Assembly (NCBI GenBank): GCA_016748015.1
Contig: JAAOMT010000630.1
Coordinates: 62,001 to 126,000, forward strand
Source of the DNA: Geosiphon pyriformis uo1
Lineage: Eukaryota > Fungi > Glomeromycota
Reading direction: 5' to 3'
Length of the DNA stretch: 64,000 nucleotides
Shown: one piece after another, positions 35,301 through 49,190 of the stretch
Numbering within the stretch: the stretch's first letter is position 1
Layout: the number at the start of each line of letters is the position of its first letter
Notes under the pieces: generated by a model
The model's database searches: none
What the model saw: the letters and a program-made list of their open reading frames with translations, nothing else
What the model was told of the DNA's origin: nothing
Program-made: the position numbers and the translations under genes

Positions 35301-38201
35301 ACAAATGGGACAATATATCATGTTTTGCCTGTGATAAGATTCTGCCAGATGAAGAACTATGGAATAATGTTCTCAGCTGAGGAGAAATATGCAATGAAGC
35401 ATGTTAATACACAATCTTGATCAATAATTGAGTACAAAAAGGAACTCCAATTGACAACACTTGGAAACAAGTGTTATGATAATTAGACAGGTATTTCCAT
35501 GATGAACACAAGATTTGGAGAATGATGAGTGCAAAAGCAGAAGGCACTACAACCAGAAAATTACTGGAAATTAAAAACAACTTTTTATTCCTTCCAAAAC
35601 CCAAATATATCATAACTTTTGATGTTTTTGGCAACATTAAAGACAACCCAGAATATTTCTATAAGCACTATTAGAACCTGGCACTAACTAGAAAAAAGCA
35701 GAAACAAAAACTAGCTGACCTAAACATAAAACTGTGTGATCATTGTTTGATCTCTTGCCACTTTCAGTATTGCAATGAATGCAATATTATGTTCAACCTG
35801 CTTCCAAGAAAACTATACCCAATCACCAAACTACTGAAATCTAAGGTAGAAGAGGAATTAATTACCAAGAACATGTCATTTCAAGATCCAACTGAAGATA
35901 CCAAAACAGAACAGTATCTTGTGTATCCTAATCTATCCAAAGAATTAGAATTAAAATGGTACAGTAACAATGAGGAAAAAATCTGTTCAGAAAGAGCACA
36001 TAATATTGATGCTGGTTTCAATCTATAATACTCTGGACAATCAATTATAGTTATAGCCCTATATTTCTTTGTAAAAATAGATCTTAAGATAGCATTAAAA
36101 ATTCCTGTTAGTACAATGTTACAAATTGCTTTTCGATCTAGTCTAGCCAAAAAAGAAATTGATGTAAAGAGAGGAATCATCAATGCTGGTTACATGAGAA
36201 ACATCATAGTAATGCTACAGAACAATTCGAACAAATCTTACAAAATAGAATTACAAAAAAAAATTGTCCAAGCTATTTTTCTACTTTTAGTCAAAATGCT
36301 CTAATTGACCCCAGTAACAACCCAAGAAGAATTAGGTCTCACTGTCTGAGAAATCAACAAGTTTAGATCAAGTGGAAGAGGAAATGTACCAATCAACTTC
36401 ATGGAGGAAAATAATAATCAGATAGAACTTATCTACACCAATACAGTCATTTTCATCCCCTCTTATTGACAATACATCCTCAAGATAAATCAAAAGATCT
36501 AAAAATCAAGCCCTGTTATTTGAAGCCAATCCTGAAATCTGTTTCTTAGCCAATGTTGCTAACTTATACCTACTGGCCAAAGCCCATAAACACTTTAAAA
36601 TCTCTATCCACAACCCCACAAAAGATGTAATTGAAATTCCCAAAGGGACTCTTATTGGTTCTATCTCACTGGACATTTAACATCTCAAAAAACCCCAGCC
36701 TATCCCAGATTTTGCACAATTGTTCTTATTTTGCAACATCACTTCACAAGTATAGAATCAGCCAAAAAAAAGTTACTTGTTTACACCAGAAGAAATCAGT
36801 AAATTGAATCTCAGAAACTTAAGTACTCTGCAGCAAATGCAACTCAAGGTTCTCTTGAATCAATATGCCAATGTTTTTGCCAGTGAAAATGAATTCAGAT
36901 GCACTGACATCATGAAACATCAGATTGATATGGAAGACACTTGACCTATTAAACAATGAGCTTATTAAGTACCCCAATTTGGCAACAATTTTATCAAACA
37001 AGAAGTCCAACAAATGCTTGACAATGGCTTAATCAAGAAATTGTTAAGCTCTTGGTCCTTTCCAGTAGTTCTGGTCACCAAGAAAAATGGAAAGATATGA
37101 TTTTGCATAATTACTGAAAATTAAATAGTGTCATCTGAGAAGATAGTTACCTCACTTCTCTCATCCAAGAAATCCTGGACAATCTAAGAAAAAAGAAATG
37201 GTTCTCATTATTAGACTTAGCCAGTAAATATTAGCAAGTCGAAATAGATTCCAAAGATAAAAAAAATGGCATTTACCACTTGAGATGGAAACTTTGGGTT
37301 TAATGTAATGCTTTTCAGACTCTGCAATGCTTCTGCCACATTTTAATGCCTTATAGATGTCATGTACAAAAGAATTCTTTGGAAATCAGTCATAGTTTAC
37401 TTAGACAACACAAATGTATTCTCTGAAACATTTGATAATTATCTGCTTTATCTTCAATAAGTCTTTGAATACCTTTAAAATGTTGGATTAAAACTCAATT
37501 CCAAGAAATGTTTCTTTGGAAAAACTGAGTTAAAATTCCTAGAACACGTGATTGGCAAAGACAAAGTTAAACCCAACCTAAACAAAGTCCAAAAAGTTAA
37601 AAATTTTCCAGTTCCAATTAACCTTCAAGAGTTATAAGAATTTTTAGAATTGGCAAGATACCACTGCCAATTTGTCAAAGGATTTTTAACTATAGCAAAA
37701 TCTCTTCACCACTTGTTGTCCAAATATGTGCCATACCTATAGAAAAAAGACCAACAGAAAGCATTCAACTATCTTAAACAGCAATTGATTACATCCTCAA
37801 TCTTAATTTACCCAAATTTCATTAAACAGTTCATTGTCGCTACAGACACCTTGAAAAATGCTCTAGGAACAGTCTTATTACAAATAGAACCAGACAATAG
37901 AGAACATTTAATTGCCTATACCAATTACAGCACTAGCCCAGCAGAAAAAAATTACAGCACAACAAATCTGGAATGTCTTGCCATTTATTGGGCCATACAG
38001 ACATGGAGACATTACCTCAGCTTGCTCTTTGATCTATATACTAATCATAAAGAACTTGTTTGGTTACTTAACAATCCACAACTGGAAGAAAAATATGTAA
38101 GATAAAGTACTTATCTGCAACAATTTCCACTCAAAGTCTATTACAAGAAAGAATTCAAGAACACCAATGCTGACAGTTTGTCGAAGATGTTACAAACCTA
38201 A
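32378..38201 (+). pseudogene. Element A Gag-Pol polyprotein remnant (N-extension, capsid, CCHC, protease, Cys-rich module, dUTPase, RT, RNase H)
   Basis: Motifs AKLKKFSGEKD, LILNSGSASS, CVDCGKKL, AHNIDAGFNL, IINAGY, VYLDNTNVF and NTNADSLSKM*. Many stops and some indels. Confidence 0.85.
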
Positions 38202-38211
38202 TTTTAGACCC

Positions 38212-39578
38212 ATGGACACACTCACTTATTAATAATTACATCAGTACTTATCAACACTATGTTTTAAGGAGATATTATCTCAACAGAAATAAAATACTAT
38301 ATGAAAACAAGCTTGAAAATATTTTATTCAAGACAACCAACTATATTAACAAGAACACCAAAACTGTTCCACCTCACAATAAGTTATAAAAAACAATGAA
38401 AAAGAAACTATATACATAGTATGCATTCTGATCCAACTGCAGAACACTTTAACAAAAATGCTACCCTTGAAAAAATACTAAATTTATACTATTGGCCAAC
38501 AATATACAAAGACATTTTTGAATACATGCTCAATTGTGACTCATGCCAGTAAAGAGGAGGAACAAGATCAACAGAACCACTTTGATCCATTTCAGTTGGA
38601 AATCTATTTGATAGAATTGAGATCAATTTGGTTGGACCTCTCTCAATTACATCTCAAGGAAATTGCTATATTGCTATAGCCATAAACTATCTTACAAAAT
38701 GGCCAGAAGCCAGAGCAATCCAAGTGGCTGATGCCAAAACAGTAGCCAAATTTGTGCATTAAGACCTAATTTGCTGACATGGATGCTCAAAAGAATTATT
38801 ATCTGATCAAAGAACACATTTTGTTAATAATACACTAACTAAACTAAGCCAATGATTTGGAATAAAGCAACATTTATTATCATCATATTACCCACAAACA
38901 AATGGATTGGTAGAACAATTTAATCAAACACTGTGCGAAGCATTAACAAAAATAAGTCATGAAAACAAACAAAAATGAGACTTATTCATACTTTTTGTAC
39001 TCTTTGCATATTAAACAGTGAAACAAAATATGACTCAGTTCATACTCTTCAAACTAGTCTATGAAAAAAAAGCTACATTATTGATTAAATGAGTAATACT
39101 ATCATACCCAACAGAAACAATCAACGAAGAGAATTTTGAAGCTATTTTACACCAAAAAATGTATCAGCTAATGAAAATGTTAAAAGACAATCAAAGAACA
39201 GCAGCTGACAATATTAATCATGTTCAAAAACAACAAAAAGAAAGACATAATAACTGCCTATTAAAACAACCAATGGAATTCAAGATTGAAGATCAAGTAC
39301 TGTTACATTGTACAAAAGCTAAGAAACAGTGAAAAGAAAAGTTTGACCCAAAGTGGAACAGTCTATTCTATATATACAAAGCTTTAGAAAATGGAGCTTA
39401 CAAATTATGATTAAAAGACAGAATTTTAAAAAAAATAGTGCATAGAAATTGGTTAAAAATTTATCATGTAAAACAAAAATTATCATCATCAGTACCTCAG
39501 CTAGGAACACAAATTTCATTAATCAGACCAGAAGATATACCATGAGATTTGGAACCAATTATTGTTATCAAAACATAG
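38212..39578 (+). pseudogene. Element A integrase (separate ORF)
   Basis: MDTLTY...MHSDPTAEHF...YYWP...CDSCQ...NYLTKWPEARAI...SDQRTHF...YYPQTNGLVEQFN...LEPIIVIKT*. Confidence 0.85.
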
Positions 39579-39582
39579 ACAA

Positions 39583-40424
39583 TATGCAGCAAATTAAATT
39601 AGGGAATTCAAATATATATAGCATCTGAAAAACAGCAAAAAACAATAGAACTTTTAATATGGACTTGTTAGATCAAATTCTACAACTCTTGAAACAACTA
39701 TTTGATGCAATTCAACAATCTTCTGCTCAAATAGAAATAACAATTGATAGAAAAAAAAATACACTATAAAGATAGGAGCAAGAAAGGAATGGACGCGAGT
39801 TTAACTAAAACTAACTGTTCCTATCTCTACACCCTATCCAAGAAAAAAATTTTATAAAAAGGAATTAAATCATCTCAGGTGGGGCTTGAAAAAAGAGTGG
39901 AGAAATGAGAAAAAGTTTATAAAAAAAGATACTTGGTTCCTGAGCTGGAAAAAATCAAAAAAGCTTTAGCTCATGGGATTGATCTCCCTTAAACAAAAGA
40001 ATAAACACTAAACAATGCAAAAAAATGAAAAGAAAGACTTTCTTCAGCTTATTGGTTCTACAAAATGGGTAAAAAATTAGACTTAAAGATGTCATATAAA
40101 GGCTTTAGCCAAAAAACTTTCAACAAAGAAGCAATGCAACAAGTAGAAAAATTCATAAAAAGAAGCAACCTGACCTTATATTACAAAGCAACATATTGAC
40201 TATATGCTGCTTTCCAACTTTGTTCAAACATATTGTTGTATAGATCTATAAAGATGATAACAGTTAACAATATAGAACAAATTACCAATCAACAATTCGA
40301 AGACCTATGAAAAACAATATTTGACACAACCATCAAACATTATATAAACAAAGACATAGAAACAGATACATACAATTTCACAGAAGCTCAATTCTAAAAA
40401 AAGAGGGATAATATTACCTGAGTA
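39583..40424 (+). pseudogene. Element A ORF3 remnant
   Basis: ATY*LYAAFQLCSNILLYRSIKMITVNNIEQITNQQFEDL is homologous to ORF3 of B. The start position is uncertain. Confidence 0.6.
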
Positions 40425-41420
40425 GAGAAACTGATCTGAAGTTATAAAGAAACATGACCAGAATGTGACATAATACAGAAAAGTACCCAATAACATTGAA
40501 TAACATGTTATAACTTAGGATAATGCAAGATAATGTATTATAACATAGAATAAATAGTAATAACGTAGAAGAATGAAGTAATAACAGAAATAGCAAAGCA
40601 ATAATTAACAATAATGAAACAATCAGAAGCAATCCTGTAAAACCAAAAAAATATATAAAAGTGAGTAGTTGTAGAAGATAGAAACAGCAGACAAATAGAT
40701 ATGAACTACTAAACAAGAATCAAATATCCTTATCTCTTTCATCATTTATTCTATTCTATCTTCATTTTCTGAAATAAATCAATTATTAAGAAATCAGAAT
40801 CACGAATTCATGTTTTTGAACTTTGTAGAATTTACATGAACTAACCATTGTTTCGTACTTTCATTTCAGGACAGATGCTCTTAGCATAACTGCCTTAAGC
40901 TATTAACAATTTAGACCAATTGCACTTGATTATGGTGATTGATGATACTAATTTATCTTTTTTTTATTTTTATTTTTATTTTTTTATTTTTTATTTTTTT
41001 ATTTTATTTTTATTTTTATTTTTATTTTTCTTGTGGAGTGACAACATAGTAAAATCGACTGTCTAAAAATAGACTTTGTAATAGCCTGGTAAAAGAGAGA
41101 AGCTCTCCCTAAGTTGTTGAATATTAACATTATCTTGATAGCTTACCAGAAGGGCGAAAAAACACTGCCAGACTCTAATGACTGCATTTGTTAGCTCAAA
41201 GAAGAAAGCTCACCTTTATAAGAAGTTACAATTAGCAAGAACCAAAACTCTGTGCCTTATAACCAAAAAACTCAATGAGTAAATTCACAATCAGTAAAAT
41301 AAGACCTTTAGAGACTGATAATCAAGATTAAGCAACTGAAATTACATGAAACATGCCTTATTAATAATTAAGAGCACCAAACATTACTATTTCTCTATTC
41401 TACCAAGTTTATTTGTAACA
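40412..41420 (+). repeat. Element A 3' LTR
   Basis: TATTAC (mutated TGTTAC) after a purine tract. It ends GTAACA and is uninterrupted at the ...GAGCACCAAAC site where B sits in the 5' copy. Confidence 0.88.
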
Positions 41421-44400
41421 GTGTATATTGCTGTAATTGGTTTATTCTAATTAATAGCAGTTTTGCTAAAAAGATTAGTAATGTTTAGATTATCAATGTT
41501 AAATGGAAATATAATAATGAAAATATTATCTTCAATAATTATAATAAGTAAAATTATATTGGTAAACAGATTTGTATTTTAAGTAAAAAGATTAATGATT
41601 CTAATTACATTTTTTTTTTAAAAATATAGCATTACTAAAATTTAGAATTTTTATAAAACCAAGATATGAGATCTGGTTTAAATATCTGGTTTGTGCTGTT
41701 TGAAATAGTATGTTGTTATAATTTACTAATCAAAATGGCTTACTAATAAGTTGTGTCTAATTTTTATTAATGTTTTATTATCCTTAATTATAATCAATTG
41801 CTTAAAGTCTGAGATAGTTATATATGAGAGCTTGGTATTAAAACATTGTTTATACCATTGCTTATAATTGCTAATAGTAATTCTAAAACAGTAAATGTAA
41901 ATACTGTAGTGGTTAATATTAAGATATGGAATATTAAGGTTTTATGGCTTGAAAATATTTTAGTTGTTGTTAATATTGGTTTCTTTAGTTTTGGTCTGTT
42001 ATTTTTTTTCAACAATCTCTGGCAATATGTTCAAATTTCTGATAATAGTAATAATTATAAGGATTTGATTTCTAGGGTTGTTGTTGTTGTCAATTCTGCT
42101 GTTATTAGTATTTATTAATATTGTCTTTTTATTGTGTTGGCTGATAGATTTTTGCAGTTTTGGCTAAAAATTTCTCAATTTTCTGAATTAATTTCTCACT
42201 TAATTAGGTAAGTTTTGTGTCAATATTAAAGGTTTTATTTATAACCAAATTAACAGCTTAAGTATAATTGGCTTTTTGTTCTATTAATTTGATATTATAA
42301 ACAAAAATAATTGCTTTTTATAAGTTAGTTAGATGGTTAAATCTCACAGATCATAAAATATTACTCTTTAATTTCTTGATAAATTGGTTGAAAATTTGTC
42401 TTATGGTGTAATAATTTTGTTCAATTGTTTTTATCTGTCAAAAAATTTAATTAAACTGTTCAAAATAAGTGGTTACTATTTTATGATTTTTTTGTTTTAT
42501 TATGTTTAACTAATTTTGTAGCCTAATAAGTGGATTGAAATTGCAAAAATACTATAAAAAAGCAAGTTTAAAAACAGCAAAGTCAATTGATTTTTTCTCA
42601 AAACTTTGGTATTATAAGTCTGCAATTCTTGTCAAAATAAATAACAGTACTTAAATTGTTTTGGTATTATCCAAATTGTTGATACTAATTGTTTTTTCAG
42701 CTTTTATAATCCAGATATATATGTTGTTTTTTTTACTAAAAAATTTTTTCAGTCTAACAATATTTTGGTAAGTCATAATCTAAGTAATAAGAGATAATTT
42801 ATTTGTTAATAACAAAAGAATTAATAGTAGTATACTTGGTTGTTTTATGGGTTTTAAGACTGGTTGTTTTTTTTTATTGGTTGGACCAATAAACTACAAG
42901 ATAACTGTTTTTTTTGAAAGGGTAGTTGCTAATTCAGTTAAAAATAGTGCTAGTAGTAGTGCCCAAAATAATGTGTTTTTACTGAGTTTACTGGCTGTTG
43001 AAATAAGATTCTTAAATAATAATCTATATTCTCTTAGGAATTTGGTTTAAAGATTGTTATTATAGTCTTAAGAGTACAAGATTCTGAAAGTTCTTGAAGT
43101 ATTTAATTATGTTTCTATGAATTGGTTAAATAAAATTTTATTTTTTGGTGTCTAATAATATAAAGAAGTAATTAATAAGAAAAATCTTGATTTTTTGTTA
43201 ACTGTAAATCAAGTTTTTTCTTGTATAGTTGTTGTATTATTGGATTCAGACTCAGATTTTTCAGAGTTGAGTTTTGCTAATTGTCTTTTTTTCACTTGAA
43301 AGTAATATTTTGCTGTGTATTTTTTGATTTTTTTATTAATTATATGAAAAGTTTTAGCTATGGCCTGGGTGGCAGTTGTTAAATATGTTAATAATTTTTG
43401 ATAAATTTGTTCTCTAAGTTTTTTTGTATTTGTTATTTGGCCTAATAAATAGTCAATTTTGGCATGCAAATAGTAACAAAAATTACTTTTTGCAGTAATA
43501 GTTTTTGGTAGTATTCCTAAGTCTTTCCTAAAGTGTTAAAATAATGCTCTACTATATAGTGAATAATTTTTTTTTATAGTCTCAATAGTTATTACTTTTG
43601 TGAATTTTTAGAGTATTTTGTTTTTGTGGATTTTATAACTTCACAGAAAGTATCAAATATTATAGATAAATTTGGTAAGATATATGGTAGTAATATTTGG
43701 TGCTCTATATTTGGATAAAAAAAGCTTAAAAGTTTTTTTTTATAGGCTTGTATAATATATTAATATTATCAGTCTTTAAAAGTCTTTTAAAAAATGTAAA
43801 TTTACTTATAAAGTTTTTTGGTTATAAGACACAGAAATATAGTTTCATAGTGTTACAACTTGTATATATGAGTTATTTTCTTCAAGTTAGTTAAACACAA
43901 TTGCTAAAATTTGGTGATGTTTTTTCACTTTTTTGATAAACTAATAAGATAATATTAATATTTAATCTTAAAAGAAGCTTTCTTTTTTTACCAGTCTATT
44001 ATAAAGTCTATTTTTAGACAGTTAATTTTTTATGTTGTTACTCCACAAGAAAATAAAGAAAAAAAAAAAAGAACAGAAAAAATAAAATAAAATAAAACTA
44101 AAAAAAAATTTGTATTGTTAATAATCAAAAGTAATTGGTCTAAGTTGTTATTTGTTTGAAATATTTTTATGCCAAGAAAATTTGGCTGAAAATAAAAATA
44201 AGAGAATAAGTAATTTGGTTTAAACACAAGATTTGAAAATCATAAATGAATGATTTTTGGTTTTAAATATTTTCTTTATTTGAGATAATATAAATATATA
44301 AGTAAAATAGATCTAATAAATATAAGTAAAAAATATATTTTTTATCTGACTATTTTTTCTGTCTGTTCTTTTTTTACTTCTAAAACTATTCATTTTTATA

Positions 44401-44678
44401 TATATTTTTGGTTTTATAAAATTGGTTTTTAATTGTTTATTATTACTAACTATTGTTTGCTATTTTTGTTATTGCTTTGTTTTTTTATACTGTAATTAGT
44501 TATTTTATGTTACAGTTAGTTATTTTGTGCTATTTTATATTATTGTGTTATCTTGTATTTTAAATTATAATGTATTATTCTGTGTTATTTCATATTATTA
44601 TGTTTTTTTATGTTATTACATTTTCTAATTATGTTTTTTTAATATCTTTTGTATTTGTTTTTTTTTATTTAAGTAACA
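41421..44678 (-). mobile_element. LTR element C (A family, heavily eroded): 5' LTR, PBS and gag, truncated just before the protease
   Basis: LTR 43658-44678 is homologous to the A LTR. PBS remnant TGATACTTTCTGTGAAG. The gag remnant is colinear with 32378-34575 and ends at NKPITAIYT, abutting the 3' LTR of A. Confidence 0.8.
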
Positions 44679-46218
44679 ACATAATAATATTCTAAACAAG
44701 ACTGGTCATTAAAATAACAGAAATTCTAAAACCAAACTAAATTTGTCTATTTTGGCCAAAGAGCTTAAAACTGTATTCAAAAGACATTTTAAACTGTCCT
44801 TCAACTTATAAACTACAAAAAAGTCCAAAGATGCTGCTTCTGTTACAGTTCTATTATTAATAATCATATCTGAATTTTTATTTATTACTGTATTTGCCTC
44901 TTAATTTTGTGATAAAAAAGTCACCAATGGCTAATATTCAGGATTAGACTAAAAAACTATTGGTTTGAATTTATCTAATCTCTTAGTTAACTTACCAACT
45001 TGTTCTATAAAGCTAATAAAACTGAACTTAAAAACAGCAAATCTAATATTCAATTTATCAAACACAAATAGAATAGACTTTATTTTTAGAGAGAAGCCAA
45101 AATTCACAAAACTATTTTGCATAAAAAAAAAAGAAAATCCACCAATTATCTTAGCCTAAGAAATGCTACCAAAGAAAACAAACTAAATAATAAGTGCTGA
45201 ATGTTTGACATAGATAATTGTCAATCTGCTTTTATCTGTTTTTAATAAGTTTTATGATTTAAGCCACCAGAAAATACTTTTTTACTCATAAAATATCTTA
45301 ATAATATATGACCCAAATTTTTATACTTTACATACTTAGCTAAATCCAAGTGGAATTAATACAAATTAGTTCTTTTAACACTGGTGTGGTTTTTATAATA
45401 GTCTCCAATGATTCAACAGAATTAAAACAGACTATTGCACATCTGACTTAGACATATATGACTGGATAATAATCTATAACACATGTTTTTTATCTACAAA
45501 ACCAATAAAATTTCAAATATTATAAGTATTTGTTTTCACTAATAATATATAAAGCAGCATCTTATTTTTGTTTTTTGTATTCCATGATTTTTTGTTAATG
45601 TTAATTCTGGTTATACACATTGCATTTTTTTTAATTAAAACAGATTATATTATTACAATTAGATTATTACAATTAGATTATTACAATTAGATTGGCATAA
45701 TCTAAATAACCAAATTCAATTATAGCTTTTTGTTACAGCCCTATTAGTTGTATCTTGATTGACTTAATTTTTTTAAATTTAGATAATACAGTATATATAG
45801 CATTAGTCAACATTCCAATTAGAATTTTTTTTATTATCACAGTCCAATCTGAATACACAGTTGATTTTTTAAGATTAGTGTTTACAATAATATTCTTAGT
45901 TTTTACCAAATTAGTTATTTGTGCCAAGTTAGATTCAGAAATAAATATAGTTTTAATAATTTCAGTAAATTTTGAAGAAGTAGAGACCTCTTCAAAACTA
46001 TTAATTTTTGAGAACAATTTTTTTATTACTATAAGCTTTTTTTGAGAAAACTTTTTAACAATATTATCTAAGCCAATATTTATTACAAAATTTTTTTTAA
46101 CAAAAACAAGAACTAGATTTTTTAGAGAAGAGAGAAGAATTAGTAAAGCATTTAGCAAAACATTATCATCATTAATATTATTTAAGAAATTTATTTTTCT
46201 TAAAGGTATACTTAACAC
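44679..46218 (-). mobile_element. LINE ORF1 remnant and first ORF2 codons (probably the 5' part of LINE 2), cut by element D
   Basis: ORF 45733-46218 (KKLFSKINSFEEVSTSSKF...IIVNTNLKKS...IKSIKIQLIGL) matches LINE 1 ORF1. TAATG junction at 44711-44707 is followed by MTSLV*NI. Confidence 0.8.
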
Positions 46219-47102
46219 TGTTACAAGTAATTATTTGGAATCTCAAATCAAATAACAAACCCATAACTTGGTGCTTAGAAGCTATTCACATTGATAATGA
46301 TCTGAAGATATTGTAATCTGAAGATGTTGTTATTTGAAGGTTTTGGTTGAGTTCTTTGTATAATGAACAGAGATTTATTTGTTGTCTTTTCAGTAGCCTC
46401 CTAGAATCACAATTCTATCAAATTTTTTTTTAGTGTGATGACCAGTAATCTGGCAGAGATGCTTTTCTGATAAGCTATCTTTAAATTTTTAATGTTATAC
46501 CCTTTCTTTGGGGTCTTTTACCAGGCTATCTTTGATGTCAATAATTTTGTGCTTTTCTTTTTAATCAATTAGTAAAACAAAAAAAATAAAAAAAAATAAA
46601 AAAAATAACAAAATAAAAGAAAATAAAAAAATAAGCCAAGGTAATAAAAGTTAGTATTTTATCAATAGCCATGATCAAGAGCTATTGTTCCAGTGTGGTT
46701 AAGTATCAATTACTATCAACATAAAGTATTGAAAGTAGAAAGAGGATTTGAGATAGTAAATAATTATTTATTTGATATTTTTGATGTGAAAGATTGCTTA
46801 GATTAAATCTAAACTAAGAGATTTGTCTTTTCTATTTCTAATGCTACTGATATATATACATAATTAAGATTCTTCAATTTCTCAATTCTTTACATCAGGA
46901 ATTCTGCAATTCCTGGAATTCTGCAATTCCTTTGAGAGAAATTCTCGAATTTTGGAATCCTATAATTCCTTGTACAAGAATTCTGAAATTCATAGAATCT
47001 TGCAATTTCTTTGAAAGGAATCCTGGAATTCCACATTTACTATAGATACTTCTAATTGGCTAATTTATATGCTAATATACTTCTTATATTCTATGAGTAA
47101 CA
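46219..47102 (-). repeat. Element D 3' LTR
   Basis: TGTTAC...GTAACA ends. The first ~450 bp match 63546-64000. Confidence 0.88.
46897..47033. repeat. Degenerate GGAATTC...AATTCC tandem array in the U3 part of the D LTR
   Basis: ggaattctgcaattcct occurs twice exactly, followed by several decayed copies. Confidence 0.7.
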
Positions 47103-47806
47103 TTATTCTCTCCTCTTTAATATTGAGCTCTGTTGAGATCTTCTAAGTCTAATTCTTCATCTTTAAGTATTTCTTGAACTTTTTTTTTAAGAATTACTTG
47201 TGCTATCTTGTTTTGTAATTCTTTAAATTAAGCATTTATTATTTTTCCCATTTGGTTAATTGTAATGGAGTTTATTTTTGGATTGAGTAAGATTTTTGGT
47301 CGATCTTGAAATCTGGTGTGTAGCTGATAAATGGCTTTTGCTTATGTAATCAAATTGTTTTTTCTCACAAATTGTTCCAGTTGTTACAGTATGGTTGTGT
47401 CAAATAATTATTTTGTTTTATCTGTATACAAGTCCTGAATGTTTATGTGTTGTCCCAAATAAAAGTAACAAAAGTTTCTTGAAAATTGTTGTATTCACTA
47501 ATTCCAAGTTTCTATAGTCAACTTTTGATATTGTGTGACTTTTGGTTGTGTTTCTATTGCCAATTTCACTTTGCTAATTATTTTGTTTACCATGTTTTCT
47601 GTTTTTCTCTGTATTTTATCTTGTGGTCTTTTTCTGGTGTTTGTGTATCTGATAGTTTGTTGGTTGATTGTAATTTCTATCTCTTGTTGTTAGATTAATT
47701 GAAAAAGTTGTTATGCTAGTGAGTGAATGCTATCAGTAATCTCTATTTTTCTGCTGTTTTTTGTCACATATATTGTCACTTTATGTATTCTTTTGGTTGT
47801 TTGATT

Positions 47807-49190
47807 TTACATGTTTGGTTCAATGATTATAATTGGTTCTAGATCTCATGGAATCTTATTTGGTTTGACTAGTATTTTTTGTACTCCTAATTGTGGAATA
47901 TTATTGGTAGATGATGACACTATATGATAATATGGTTTCAGTCGATTACTATATGCTGCTTTGGCTAAAATTTTGTTGTCCCATTTTAATTTATAAGCTC
48001 TATTTCCAAGAATTTCTTCAATGTAAAATGGTCTATTTCATTTGGGGTCAAATTTTTCACTTTATTGTTTTTCTGCTTTAGTACAATGTAAAAATACTTT
48101 GTCTCCAATCTTGAATTCTACTGGTTTCTTTGGTAGTTGGTTATCATGTTTTTTTTTTGTTTTTTTTGTGACTTTTGGATGTTATCAGCTGCTCTTTGCC
48201 ATGTGTTTTCTAGTGTCTCTATTAAGTCATATGTTCTTCTCAACAATGTTTTTTGAAAATTTTTTTTTGTTATTGGTTCTGTTGAATATGTTTTAACTTC
48301 TATTTTAACTGGTAATGTTGCTGTTCTACTGTATACTAATTCGAATAGTGTTGCTTGTGTAGTGTCTTGCTTTATTGTCCAATAAGCAAATAATATTGAT
48401 GGTATAATCAAATTCTATTTGTCTTGGTTTTCTTGGCTGATTTTGGCAATGACTTCACACAATATTCTGTTAAACCTTTCAACTAACCCATTTGTTTATG
48501 GATAGTATGGTGATGATAATAGTCTTTTTATCCCAAATCTTTGACTTAATTCTGCCAATATTCTATTTACAAAATAAGTTTCTTGATTTGATAGTAGTTT
48601 TTTTAGACATCCGTGTTGACATATCAAATCTTGATAAACAAATTTGGCAACAGATTCTACATTTGCTCTTTGAATGGCTTTTGCTTCTGGCCATTTTGTA
48701 AGATAATTTATGGCTACTGCAATTTATCTGTTGCCTCTGCTGGTTATTATTAATGGTCTGACCAAGTCAATTCCAATGTGATCAAATAGTTGTCTTACTC
48801 TGATTGGTCTCAATGGTTTACTGGATTTTGTTCCACCTCTTTTTTGACAAGCATCACAATTTTGAACATATTAGATGATATCTGAATACATTAATGGCCA
48901 ATAGTATTTTTTTCTGGTTCTTTTTATGGTTGCTTCTTTATGAAAATGTCCTGCTGTTGGATCTGAGTGCATGTTGAATAATATTGTCTCTTTTTCTGGT
49001 TTTGTGATTACTTTGGTTGGTTGATCTGGATTTTTTTTGTTCTTCCAGTAAGATATATTTTGATGGTTAATAAAATATTTTGATTGCTGTTTTGTTTTGT
49101 TTTTTTTGAGATAATTTCTCCTTGAACAATTGGGTATTTATATAATATTGAAGTTGTTAGTATTTTTGTATATTTATCTTTTGTTATATT
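47807..49190 (-). pseudogene. Element D integrase remnant
   Basis: MHSDPTAGHF, YYWP, CDACQ, YLTKWPEAKAI, PYYP*TNGLVERFN, LEPIIIIEPNM*. Confidence 0.82.

Larger units (their letters stand above)
21423..41420 (+). mobile_element. Ty3/gypsy-type LTR element A (degenerate). Its 5' LTR is interrupted by element B.
   Basis: 5' LTR 21423-22410 plus 32274-~32317. PBS TGGTGCTTTCTGTAAGG at ~32319. Gag-PR-Cys-dUTPase-RT-RH 32378-38201, INT 38212-39578, ORF3 ~39583-40424. PPT ~40397-40411. 3' LTR 40412-41420 ends in GTAACA. Confidence 0.88.

Noticed and set aside
41080-41230. Possible hammerhead ribozyme in the A LTR (CTAATGA resembling CTGATGA, nearby hairpins)
   Set aside because: I could not assemble the three stems and GAAA core, and both LTR copies read CTAATGA. 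A covariance search on the consensus would be needed.
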